From Convolutriloba macropyga (taxonomy: Eukaryota): a stretch of DNA of 64,000 nt. Below are positions 48,601-59,989 of this stretch, piece after piece. A program made the translations under genes and the position numbers. Numbering within the stretch: the first letter of the stretch is position 1; each line of letters begins with the position of its first letter. Below the pieces are notes generated by a model, which was not told the DNA's origin, did no database searches, and worked only from the letters and a program-made list of their open reading frames with translations. Location of the stretch: assembly GCF_964194025.1 (NCBI RefSeq), contig NC_134469.1:79422001-79486000 (forward strand), in the 5' to 3' direction.

Positions 48601-51600
48601 TCGTTAAAAACGCTCACGTTTACAATAATTGCTTCAAATTTCTCCCAGGAGCAAATAAACGACCAACTAACGTCGGGCGAAATGCTCTCAAGTGACTGGC
48701 GATCAGTCGCCTTCGTTTGTACTTAGCTGGTGCTTATGTATGAATCAGTGAGTGTGAGCGAAGGGGAGGGCGGCGATGATGGTGGAGGGGAGGGGGGGGG
48801 GGGGGGGGGTGGGTCAAGTAATGAGGGACAGGGTTGACGGAGAGCTGGACAAGAGGGGGTCAAAATACCTGGGTTGGAGTAGGGTGGACGGTGGTTTCGG
48901 GGTGGGTAACAGAGGGCGTCAAACTTTGAAGACTGAGAACCACCACTTACACCTTAATATTGTCTCCTCAAAACAGTTTTGATGAAAAGCATACTTAGAG
49001 ACTAGTAAAGAGTGATGCTCTAAGAGAGCTGCTCGGCCACCTAATGCACTCCGAGCGCTCCATGTTATCCTGTTTTTGAAGACGAAAAGTCAAATATGTC
49101 AGACAATAAATCCGTCGAGCGAAAAATTGCATAAAGATTACCACAGGATTATACGATCGCTACAATTTTGTTTGAAGCCAATTATAAAGATACACCACGA
49201 CCAAAAGTCAGCAGTAAAAGCAATACAACATAATAATGTCTTATTATTGATTCATTTGGACTAAATGCAACAAGAAAATATTGACGGCAATATTAAATAT
49301 AGCTGGCAGATTGCCAGAAAATAGCCGCAATAGCTTTGTAGAACTGCAGTCTAAAAAAAAACAGTAAAAAAATGACAGACCAAAAAATGGTTTCTTCATT
49401 GAAGGCTGAGATGGTATATTTTGACCAGGAATCTGTATAAGTTATTGCTTCCTCTATTAGCTTCTCTCAAACAACCTTCATTTAGAGTGACACACATTCA
49501 CCTGACCTTATCTTTTTTAAAAAAAAACCATCAATTTCAAAGTGACGAAGTCATTTTTGAGAGCGAGGTAAGCCACGTGTGAAAAACGATTTAATCACGC
49601 GACTGAACAAAAAACTCACCCCAATAAGAGAGAAAAATGACGTCACGCACGCACTTCAAATGAAATTGCATGAACGAATGAACAAAAAGCAGATTTGAAG
49701 TGGCTGTGACCACATATGGTCGTAACAAGAATCTTTCCGACGAAATAAAAAACATAGCCGGAAGAACTCCGGAAGCGACTCGAAACGTCAGAAAAAACTT
49801 TAACTGTAGCCATTACCTTTTGTATTAAACCATTAACTCATTACCTCCCCACGACAGTGAAATTTAAATCACTGTCACTAAGAAAAACATAATGCAGCAA
49901 AATTTTATATTGAAACCAATTGGTAAGGTTAAAAAAGTCTGGAAAAATTAATATGGTCAAAAAGCTGACAGGGCTATCAATTGCCCTCAAATAATTCATG
50001 ATTCTAATCTCAAAAGTATTGCAAAATCAAACGGCAGATAATAATCATAGAAACTAAGTTAAAATTTTTCAAAAAAGAATGCTCAAATTTATGAATCAGA
50101 AAACCACTACAATTAAATTTCTAATAAATGCAATTAAGACAAAAACAACACGTACTTCTTCCTTACTCTGTATTCTAGACAAGATTTCATACGAATTCAA
50201 AAATTGAATTAATAATAGAAAAGAAATTCAAATGCAAAAAATCGTTTAAAAACAATACCAAGGCCGGAAGAAAATTGCAATAAATGGTAATAAGAGGAAA
50301 ATTTCGAAAAGGCTTCCTAGCAAACTTTCAGTACTGCCTTATGTTGAATGAAATCAATTGCAAACAAAAGAAATCACGACAATCTAAGAAAAAGCTGAAA
50401 TCAATCATTTTTTTGACAATAATCTTCGAGTCGTAACAACTCAAAAAATCAATATAACGAATATAAATGTAGGTGCCAGGACGAAGCTCGAATGGTATAA
50501 TCTAGAATGTGAAAAGCATGGACACAAAGTATCCTTACTTAAAAAGACCGTAAAAAGACATTCTTGATTTTTGAAAAATATATATCAAAATAAAAATTAA
50601 GAAAAACGAATTTAATTCATTGTTCAGCATTCGGGAAACAGAAAAGACAGTGAATCATCGGAGACAAGGATCCATACTCCTGAACAGAATAAAAAAGAAA
50701 CTGCAGAATTCAAAAATACTAAACATTTTGCAAAAATGATCAAAAAATTTAAGGGCCTGCATTTACAAGGATTTAACTGTTTTTCAAAAGTTATTGCCAA
50801 AAAAGCTTGATTTTTTGCTAAGAAGAAATTAAAATCACTCAAGTTGCACAAAAGGACTACTTCTAATAATTAAAACCAAAATACAAACTGAGAAATATTG
50901 GAAAAAACTACCAAAACCGGAGTAGCATAAGTACAATTTTATAAAACAAAATTACATCGAGGAAGAAAGAAGCGTTGAGTATATGAATTATCAAAGGGAA
51001 GTTGCCATATCAAGTGATTTTTGACAAAAAGACGGCTGAACGATCCAAAAATGAAAAAATTATCAGAAAAAAGCCGAAAATTAATTTTAAAAAAAAAAGA
51101 AAAATATGTGCCAATTTTGATCTTCAAACGCATTTTCCAGCTCTTAAAAACACTGTGGTATCACTTTCCGAGGGTAAGATTTCAATACAGCACCAAATAA
51201 AAATTAATTCTATAAAAAACCAAACTACAGGCAAAAAAACTGGGCCACTTAGACAAAAAAACGGCTAAAAACGGTTATTTATATGTTCCATTCAGTCAAA
51301 ACTACTTTTCAAGTCAAAAAGTCATTCACTAAACGCAGCGCATGATCAAAAAACTTATCTCGCTCAGAAACAATTAGTTCACGCTACAATTTTACTCACT
51401 TTCACTTTTAGGTCAAGACATTGTCTGAAGGAAAAGTACTTCCGGTAAAAAAAAACCTTAAGGAAACCAATACTCCTCTTCGAGTCGTAAAAAAACCAAG
51501 AGAAGGCCACTAATAGCCCCAGCTGTCGCTGTGCGGCTATTAAACAAAGACCAGTAAATAATTTCTCTCTGAGTTGGTCTTTATATTTTTAAAAAATTGT

Positions 51601-54600
51601 TTCAATGAAGTCGACAAAAATCAAGAAGCCAATCGTTAAAAAGTTACATAAACGTTGTCAGACGAAAAACCGATAGAATCAAAAATCACATTCAAAAGAC
51701 CGGCAGAACTAAAAATAATTGTTAAACTTTGTTTGAGAGCAATTAGACACGAGTCCAGTAAACCTTAACGAGTGTTTGAGCAGTGATTTAATGAAAAAGA
51801 TTTCTCGTGAGCAGCTTAATATTGAAGCTCTATTGATTAAATAAGATGTTTCCAATATTACTCCGCGATAAGTTCAGCTGCTAAATTTTGTGAATGAGCG
51901 CAATTCAGCTCATAAAAATTCAATGCATCATTGTCAAGAAAAAAGGCGTCAAATTGCATGGACAAAAAATGGATTAAATACGATCCAAATAATTGCTAAA
52001 AAGAATTCTTTTCAGGCCAGTCAGCTACCATAAATTGACTTTGAATCCAAAATAGGAAACAAATACTTGACTGGTTAGTCGAAATAACACTTACTTGCTG
52101 GATCAGCCATGGTAGTGGTGGGAGATGGTTCAAGTGAACTATTGGCACTTCGGGTAATGGACTTTCCAAATATCGCGACGTTTCGCTCCGTCATCACAAA
52201 CGAATTTTTATTGTCCGACTCATTATTAGCACCAACAGATCTCGGCAGCAAATTGAGCCTAGGCCGATTCGCTCTCTCTTCTGAAACGGCGTCAACAACC
52301 ATCAGTTAAAAATCAATTTAATAAGCCGCGCAAAAATCGTAAAATGATGATGCATAACATCGACCCACTCTTGGATAACATTTTTTTTAATGATTGAGTA
52401 AGTTGTCAACGTTTGGTTCACAAAATTCACGCAGGTTAGATAACCACTCTTACTTCTCAAACTCCTTCAAGTATAACAACGTGCAGCCTAATGCAGGCGA
52501 GTACTAACCCTCAGATAATGGTTGAAGAGGAGGGTCATTGTTGCGGCTGCTGGTTGAGGTGACTCTACTTCTCTGTGGGTTGGGGTGGTACTGGTGAGGT
52601 GGGTATTGATGATATGAGTTGTTGTGGTTCCAGCCGCCCCTTCCACCTTGGTTGCTCCCCCAGTTTCCTCCTCCCGTATTATTGTATCCTCCTCTTGGGG
52701 CACCGTAATTTCCTCCTCCTCCTCTTTGCATCCCTCTGGAGCTACCTAAAATTGATAGGAACGTTTGTATTTCCTGAAATTTCGCCTTTTTTGCAGACAA
52801 AGGACAGCCTGACTGATCTTATAGAACTAAAGACATGATTATAAAGCCAAAGCCGGCTGGTACACAATTTTACAATTAAGACAGTATAACTTCATTGTTA
52901 GGTTGTTACAGATAACTGCATTGTAGTTTAAAAGCAGGAAAAGTCATTGTAACAGCACGATGTATTTATCAAGTAAACAATTGATAACGAAAAGAACAGA
53001 ACATGTCCAGCACGTTGCCGGAAAATAGCTGCATCCGACATTTTGCATTTGCTCAGAAATCATTAACACAGAACCAAAGCGGGTACCAGGGGAGTACTTA
53101 ATGTTATCCAACTAAAAATTGCGAATGAATAACATGAGGCCAAAACTGAAATTTTTAGAGGCGTTTCGAAATTAATGTTCTCTTCATCTCTGCATTTGTT
53201 CGGCAATTGTACAACAATTTTTGTTTCAGTTGAGTTCCATGGGATATTTCTTGCGAAAACTAACAACCAAGAGAACCGCAATAACATCTACACTCAAATA
53301 TAGCAGCTATTAATAATTTAAAAGATTGCACTACCTGTACCTCTAGCTCGCATGGGATACCCACGCGGAAATCGACCTAATCAAACACCGAACTTCAACA
53401 TGCTAGGGATTTTATCATACTCTCATTACTAAATTATTAAATAGTTGCTCTCTTCCTTTTTTTTTCACATAACAGTTCAAATGTTCTACGTTTCCCTGCG
53501 TAATAGCTAAATTCACTAATATCAGAAAACTTGAATTGAGGTTCATTTATAGCTGAAACGGCAAAAGTTTTACGTTATTGTTCCAGCTCAGTTGTACGAT
53601 ACATTAATACACGCACCCGCAAGTTGTAAAACTCCGAAAGTTTGGTAGAATTTAAAATACTAGAAATACTTAGCTAGTGACTTCTGTAAACTTTCGGCAT
53701 TTTCAAACTTGCGATTTGCGTGTCCTAACAAAGTTTACGCGACTCTTTAGAAGTCACTTCAAAACTCTGGCTTAACATGTTAAATCTCTACGCGAATCTC
53801 CACAAACGCCAGAAGTTCTCAGTGACTTCAAGCAGAGTCACGTAACCTAAATAAATTATTCCAGGATTTTTCAAACATATTCTTTCCAAATTCATAGAAA
53901 TTTCCACCAAACAGTCAGAAAGTAATCTCGAAATTGGCTGCTGTGATAATTTTATCTGTAGCATTTGCAAGAAAATTCAAGTAATATGGCTAAACTCCCT
54001 TCATCACTACTAACTCGGTCGATTTTGATGCTGATGACTTGGTCTCTGTGGCTGGAAGTTTTGGTAATTGTGATAGTCGTCATATCCTTGGTGGACTCCA
54101 GTGGAATTGCTACGGTGATTATTAGTATAATATGATCCTCGGGGGTGATTAAAACCACCTCTCTGAGGGGCACCCCTTTGGAAATTTCCACCAGCTCCAC
54201 GTGGTGCGCCTCCACCACGGTTATAACCACCTCGTTGAAAATTATTATTATTATTATTGGGATATTGTTGATTGTTTCCACCTCCGCCTCTTCTTCCGCC
54301 TCGGCTACCACCCCGGTTGCCATCAGCCAAGTTGACTCGCAACTTATTTTCGTCCAGCAGCTGTTAAAAAAAATAACTTTAAACATGGTCGATTTGACTA
54401 AATTAAATTAAGAACGGATGTTTAAATACCGCGTCATTTAGATCCAAAGCTTTTTCCAGAGACTCGTCGCTCAAAATGTCAACATAGGCAAATCCTACAA
54501 AACGACAAAGATGATATTCTAAATAGCTATGTTGATTAACTCACCTAAATGGGGTGACTTACCTTTAAATTCATCTGTCTCTTTAGTTTTAATGAGACGG

Positions 54601-54798
54601 ACTCTATCATACTAAAAAATAAATGTTTTTAATTAATTATGCATAAACACATATGAGGCAGAGTCTGACAAAACGTACTTCAATTCCCTGCAGAATCATT
54701 TCCAGATCACACTCCAGTGCGTATTTGGGCAGATTTCCAATAAAAATTGTGTACGGTGGCCCACCGTTAGGCACGTTCTGAGCATTTTCTGGTCGCAT
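45613..54798 (-). CDS. EIF4H: Eukaryotic translation initiation factor 4H (eIF4B/4H family), about 433 aa, 7 exons
   Basis: Exons 54798-54679 (PPYTIFIGNLP, RNP2), 54611-54563 (RVRLIKTKETDEFK), 54494-54430 (GFAYVDI, RNP1), 54360-54015 (LRVNLADG then RGG), 52745-52509, 52280-52095 (SEEERANRPRLNLLPRS...AIFG, eIF4H C-terminal motif) and 45911-45613. All GT-AG, total 1302 nt in frame. The last exon is the least certain. Confidence 0.9.
46315..47800. repeat. Diverged direct repeat (about 46315-46760 vs 47260-47800)
   Basis: ttttgtccgatt, gtgaaattg.attgcaatccaa, aatttacagcatccaactgttgc, aatattctggtact and acgatggtttttgcactaa.gcagcaattcggacaaaa occur in both. Confidence 0.8.
48137..48695. repeat. 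Near-perfect 280-bp tandem duplication in the last eIF4H intron
   Basis: aaaaaagcgcgggaggaagtcc...aatgctctcaagtga starting at 48137 and 48417. Confidence 0.92.
49751..51490 (-). mobile_element. Helentron-like 1.74-kb element (family C) nested inside a family A copy
   Basis: aacatag, hairpin ccgga-agaac-tccgg, cgactcgaa (49776) ... ttcgagtcg (51479). It splits family A at its A-run (gacgaaataaaaa | aaaaccaagagaaggcc). Confidence 0.6.
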
Positions 54799-55258
54799 TC
54801 TCTCTTAAACAACATTAACACTTAAATGCACAAAGAACAATTATTGCGTCGTGCATATCCTACTGGGTAGTTTAGGTAGACCCAAATCCTTGGGTTGACA
54901 GTATTTTCAGAATAAAGATTACATCTCAAATAAAGTGCCTTTACTCAGTTGAGTTCCTTTCAATGTAAATCCACAAGAAATCTATAGGTTAATTTTTTCA
55001 TATGGACAAGGTTCTCTGTTTCAGAACCATATTAGCCCGGGCGTTCGATAAAGAAAGTTTGGGACTGCCATTAGATCTATGGACGACATAGTATTAAGCT
55101 TCAATTCTCATAACAGGACTGGCAACTTAAATAGATTGCCTTTTCCCTTCGTCAAATCATTCAATTTCAGATCTTTTTAGCTACGAACAAGAATCCCTTT
55201 CAAATTCAACGAGTTCTAAGTCCCGTCGTTCCTAGCTTCGACGGGTGAGATTGATGCT

Positions 55259-55888
55259 TTGATGCCCAACAGACGATTCCACACTCTAAGGACTTCTTCG
55301 AAGAACTTGCTCCTCGCAGATTCACAAGCGCGAAAAAACGAGTTCCCCAACTTCAACATCTTGTCCATTCCTGGAGCCCGCATTGCCCACGCTCAACAGT
55401 TCCTCCCCATCAGAGATAAGTTCAACATTATTGTTGTTTTTATTGGCGGCAACGACTTATACAACAGTACTCTCCCATCTTCACTGTCCGAGCAACAGGT
55501 AGTGGACGAGTTAGACCTTCTGCGCGAACAGCTGTACAAGCTAGCAAAAAAAGTTTTCATCCTTGGTATCCCCGACAGTGGTAGCTATCGTGAACGATCT
55601 CCGAAAGCTAATAAACTATTGGACAACAAAAATAAGACAAACAGAAACTGGAAATATCGTGGTCTGTCAGAAGGAATCTTCAGTGAGATACACCTCGGCG
55701 ACGACGACGTGCACCTTAGCAAGTCCGGGATCAGCTCCGTGAAAACGATCCTGAAGAATTACTCGAACAAGTGCAACGAGGAAGGACACTTAGACTACTT
55801 CGAGTGCCCATCAAGAACTGCAACTGCAACTACTAACTCCGTTTCCTCCGGCTCTCCCAGCAAGAACCACCCAGGTACCGATAGTTAG
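55259..55888 (+). CDS. SGNH/GDSL esterase-like ORF at the LINE 5' end
   Basis: Block I LLLADSQ, block II PGARI, block III FIGGNDL, block V DDVHLS, as in LINE ORF1 esterase domains. Confidence 0.75.
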   Translation: MMPNRRFHTLRTSSKNLLLADSQARKNEFPNFNILSIPGARIAHAQQFLPIRDKFNIIVVFIGGNDLYNSTLPSSLSEQQVVDELDLLREQLYKLAKKVFILGIPDSGSYRERSPKANKLLDNKNKTNRNWKYRGLSEGIFSEIHLGDDDVHLSKSGISSVKTILKNYSNKCNEEGHLDYFECPSRTATATTNSVSSGSPSKNHPGTDS

Positions 55889-56117
55889 TTTCTACTTAAC
55901 TGTTTGTTGTTATACCGCTGTCTCTCCTCGCGAGAAACAAAGGATAAGAGCAAGCAAGCGCTGCTTCACTACAATCTCTCCTAGCGAGAAACAACTAGTG
56001 AAACAGCTACGATCCTGACAACCCTCGAGTAGTAGCGAAGTAATACGAAAAAGCCTCAAACGAAAACCTGATCGAAAACGATAACAACAAAGAAGTAAGT
56101 TAAAGTCGAAATTTGCA

Positions 56118-56795
56118 ATGCGCCTTACAATCAACTGCAATACATGCAAGGCTGGCAATACCAAAAAGGATACAGTCTTTCGATGCGTATCATGTGAAAA
56201 CATTATGCATTTGACCACCAAATGTACTGAGCTATCTGGCACCATCATCAACGCTCTCCAGGAGATAAATTTGAACGTACTTCTACTATGCAACAACTGC
56301 GTAAAAACGAACAAACGGGACGTCGTCCTGGACGCTATCGGCAGCCAAAACAAAATCGGCAATAGCAACGAAAATCAGGAAGAAATGAAAACTTTTGTCA
56401 AAGAAACCGTCGGTAGTCAACTGAAAAATGAGATAACATCCTTTAACAGCGCTGTTGAAAGTGACCTCAACGACCTAGGAGGCATTGTGACCAAAACAGT
56501 CAAACCAAAAACCACACCTCCCACAAACGATCACCCCAGCAGCGTACGTGTAGGTGGAATACCCGAGTTAAAAGACACCAATGCTAGAAAACGTGCTGAA
56601 CATGACAAAACTGAGATTGAAAAAATACAAAAATTCCTAAAAGTCGATTCTAACATCGAAGACTGTAGGCGAATTGGAACATACAACAAAAACAAGGACA
56701 AAACAATCATAGTCAATTTCAGTAAGGACTGGAACAGAAATCTGCTCTTACTATCTCTTGGCAAATTGTGGAACTATGATAAAAAAGTACCTTAG
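56118..56795 (+). pseudogene. LINE ORF1 (PHD finger, coiled coil, RRM-like), prematurely terminated
   Basis: CNTC...CVSC...HLTTKC...LCNNC PHD-like spacing, plus SVRVGGIPE and CRRIG...IIVNF, typical of CR1/L2 ORF1. Confidence 0.8.
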
Positions 56796-56962
56796 CAGAG
56801 AACTATCAAAAGAAGAACAACTGTTTGAAAACGATCTACTTAAAAAAGACAAGAACACATCGAATCGGGAATATCAAGAAACAAAGTCAAGGTCCAAAAC
56901 CTGAAACTACTCCACTACGATTATCAAAGCAACACCTGGGATGAGGCCGCCCTGGATACTGG

Positions 56963-59400
56963 ATGGTGATTAAACACCAACGAAAACAGTACCGAACAAA
57001 TTACTCTATTCACTTTCAACGTACACAGCGTCCTCGACCTGCAAAGACGTTTCACTCTTGCAACTGCAAAAAATACGACGTCTTATGTCTCAGTGAGACA
57101 TGGCTAACAAAATCTGTCCCGAAAAAGTCTCTTTTTCCCAACAACTTCCAAATACTCAGAAATGACAGAACATCAACTGAAAATGTCTCCAAACACGGAG
57201 GAGTACTCATTGCGGTACGGAGAGACATCCACGCTAAACAACTGACACTTGACCATACGTTTGAAGACACGATAACTGTTTTACTAACTGGCAAAACCAA
57301 CGCACAAAAATTGCTGATCAGCTGTATCTATAATCCTCCAAAAAACAGTAGTCCCTACAGATGGCCGCCTGAAAAATGCGTACAATTCCTTACAAGTATC
57401 AAAACCAAACGTAAACAGTTGAAAGTCTCAAGCTCTATAATAATTGGAGATATTATTTTTGTGCATACATCTTGGGGGTCAATGCATTCCACAGACGAAT
57501 ATTAAAACACAGTCACTGATCAACTAGCGAATCTCAAATATGAACAAATTTGACTTCCAAGGCATACTTGGCAGCAAACCGCAGTTAGGCGTCTTCCTAA
57601 TAGATGAACCTGAGTATTGGTTCAACTCAACAAATGACACCACACTTAATGATAATTACTCAATCAATTTAAAAAAGTGCTTAGACCACCCAGCATTCTC
57701 CTCCTTGTTAACCTTCAGTAATGCAAAGGAGAACCACCATAAAATTGTCAAATATGCAATCTCTCGGACTAACTGGGAGAATTTTAATCAAACAATCGTC
57801 GATAATCCCTTCGAACATTACTGTTACAGCAATGTAGACGAAGTCACCAATCAATTGTACCTATGGTTCAACAAACTGTTTACCGAAAACGTACCAAGAA
57901 TTACTAGCCACCGATCTGACCTCCCTCCATGGATCTCGAAACCTACCTCTCACCTGATCAACCAACTCAACACACTCAAACGCAAAGAAGCCAGAAAAGC
58001 CCCAACCCCAAACTTGCACAAAAATTGTTGATCTTGAAAGCAAAATTGAAATCGAATCCTCTAACGACCAAGCCGACAACGAAAACGAGATTATCAGAAC
58101 AAGGGAATTCAGTAAGATCCACGCCTATCTGAAATCCATTAAAAAGCGCCATAGCACCCACATGAAATGCATTTACAAAACAAAGTAGCAGAAAATGATG
58201 AAAGAAAGGCAAACCTGTTTAACCAATACTTCCAAGGTGTTTTTAACTTATAAACGAACAATACAAACGTTGACTTCGCGCCAAATAAATTCAACAAAAT
58301 AATTTGATGAGAAAAACAGGTCACGGAAATACTCATTTCTCTTAAATCAAAAAAGGCGTTAGGACCGGATCGAATGAGAAACAAGACCCTAAAACAACAT
58401 GCAACCACACTGGCTAAATCATTAACTGTCATCTTTCAAACCTGCTTCAACAAAGGTGTATACCCACAAAACTGGAAAGAAAGCGAAATAACTCCAATCT
58501 ACAAAGACGGTGATAAAAGCGACGTAACCAAATATAGACCCATTACTGCCTCTGTTGCCCGTCGAAAGTCCTAGAAAAATTTATCTTCGATTGGTTATAC
58601 CCAGTAGTAAGGCAAAAGTTCACGACTCTAAATTTGGGTTTAGATACGGTCGTTCAGCCGTTGTACAACTTATCTGTTTCCTCAATAAAGTATACCTGCT
58701 CAACGATTCGTCGGCAATTGATGAACTAACGAATTTCTACTTAGATTTCGAAAAATCCTTCGACAAGGTTCCTCACGATCTCCTGCTTTTGAAAATTCAC
58801 AAAATGAAGTAGGTGGAACAGCCCTACTAAAACAACCCTACTAGGTGGAAAACCACACTAAACGCATACACAGGATACGTGGTACCCGTCATGTCTTACG
58901 CATGTGAGTTCTGTTAACCCACCAAAACAGACTTATCAAACATAGAAATAATAGAGAAAAGTGCAACACAGTGGATTCTAAACAACACAATTCCCTATAA
59001 AGAAAGACTCAAAGAACTCAACTTATTGCCACTCTCAATGTACTTTGAACTTCACAGTCTCCTACACTTCTGTGTCATCACTGACCACAAGTATGACATA
59101 CAAAAATCAGACTACATATCCCGTAATACCAACGAACGAACCAGACAAGGCTCCAACTCCGAATTCAACATTCCCAAAACCAGACTCAAAAGTACCGACG
59201 ATAACTTCTGGACACGAAACGGAACACTGCACAACATTCTGAGTAAACATATTGACTTAACAACGAAAGAAAACAAAAAAGCACGAATAACACAGCAAGG
59301 TTGGAAATTCTTCGAAAAGTTCAACGAAGCCAATCTATGTAACTGGAGGATACTCTGCCAATGCACGAACTGTAACCAACATTTCAAACCTACTCACTAA
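56963..59400 (+). pseudogene. LINE ORF2 (APE endonuclease-RT) fragments with internal deletion of the RT core
   Basis: Fragments at 56963-57505, 57540-58031, 58374-58574, 58555-58812 and 59026-59400. The PQGS/YADD region is absent. Confidence 0.85.
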
Positions 59401-59444
59401 TGTCATAAAGGGTGAAAACCCATGGTATATCCCTAAAGACTTCG

Positions 59445-59462
59445 CTACTACTACTAATACTT

Positions 59463-59525
<63 letters not shown>
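59445..59525 (+). repeat. (TAC)n microsatellite, LINE 3' tail
   Basis: Long tac run directly after the ORF2 end and a short 3' UTR. Confidence 0.95.
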
Positions 59526-59989
59526 ATAAATAAATAAAAACAAGCATTAAGACAACTCAGAGCGACAATAAAGTACGTATTACAGTATAACAATTTAAAA
59601 AACGTTAGTATTAGCACCAACGTGGACCTTCCAAAGTCTAAAAGAGCAAATATCGAGCGCACTGTCAGTAAAATAGCTTCTCAAAAATGTTATTCCCAAT
59701 AAATTTCTTGTTCATTAAATTCTCACCCAACTTCTGAATGCCTTGGTCGGTGTTTTTTTCTCGCTCATCTTAGGTATTGTGTTTTTAATATAAAGATAAT
59801 TATTAGGTGCAGCTCTCCGGAATGTCCAAGAACTCAGTTGCAAATTTTTAAAAATTCAAGAATTTGCTGAACTTTTGCTGCGTGTGGTTAACAGAATTCT
59901 CCAAAACTTTCATTGCAAACAACGTTGACTTACTCTATTATGCTGTTGACTAATAGTGTTCTAAAAAAACTTAACAATCTTTAACACTT

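Larger units (their letters stand above)
54897..59537 (+). mobile_element. Decayed CR1/L2-group LINE with esterase ORF, PHD-type ORF1, APE-RT ORF2 remnants and (TAC)n tail; 5' boundary approximate
   Basis: APE motifs YDVLCLSETWL, RNDR...HGGVLIAV, CIYNPP, IIIGD. RT motifs WKESEITPIYKDGDK...YRPI and YLDFEKSFDKVPH. C-terminal CNWRILCQCTNC. Many stops and frameshifts. 3' (TAC)n at 59445-59525. Confidence 0.9.
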
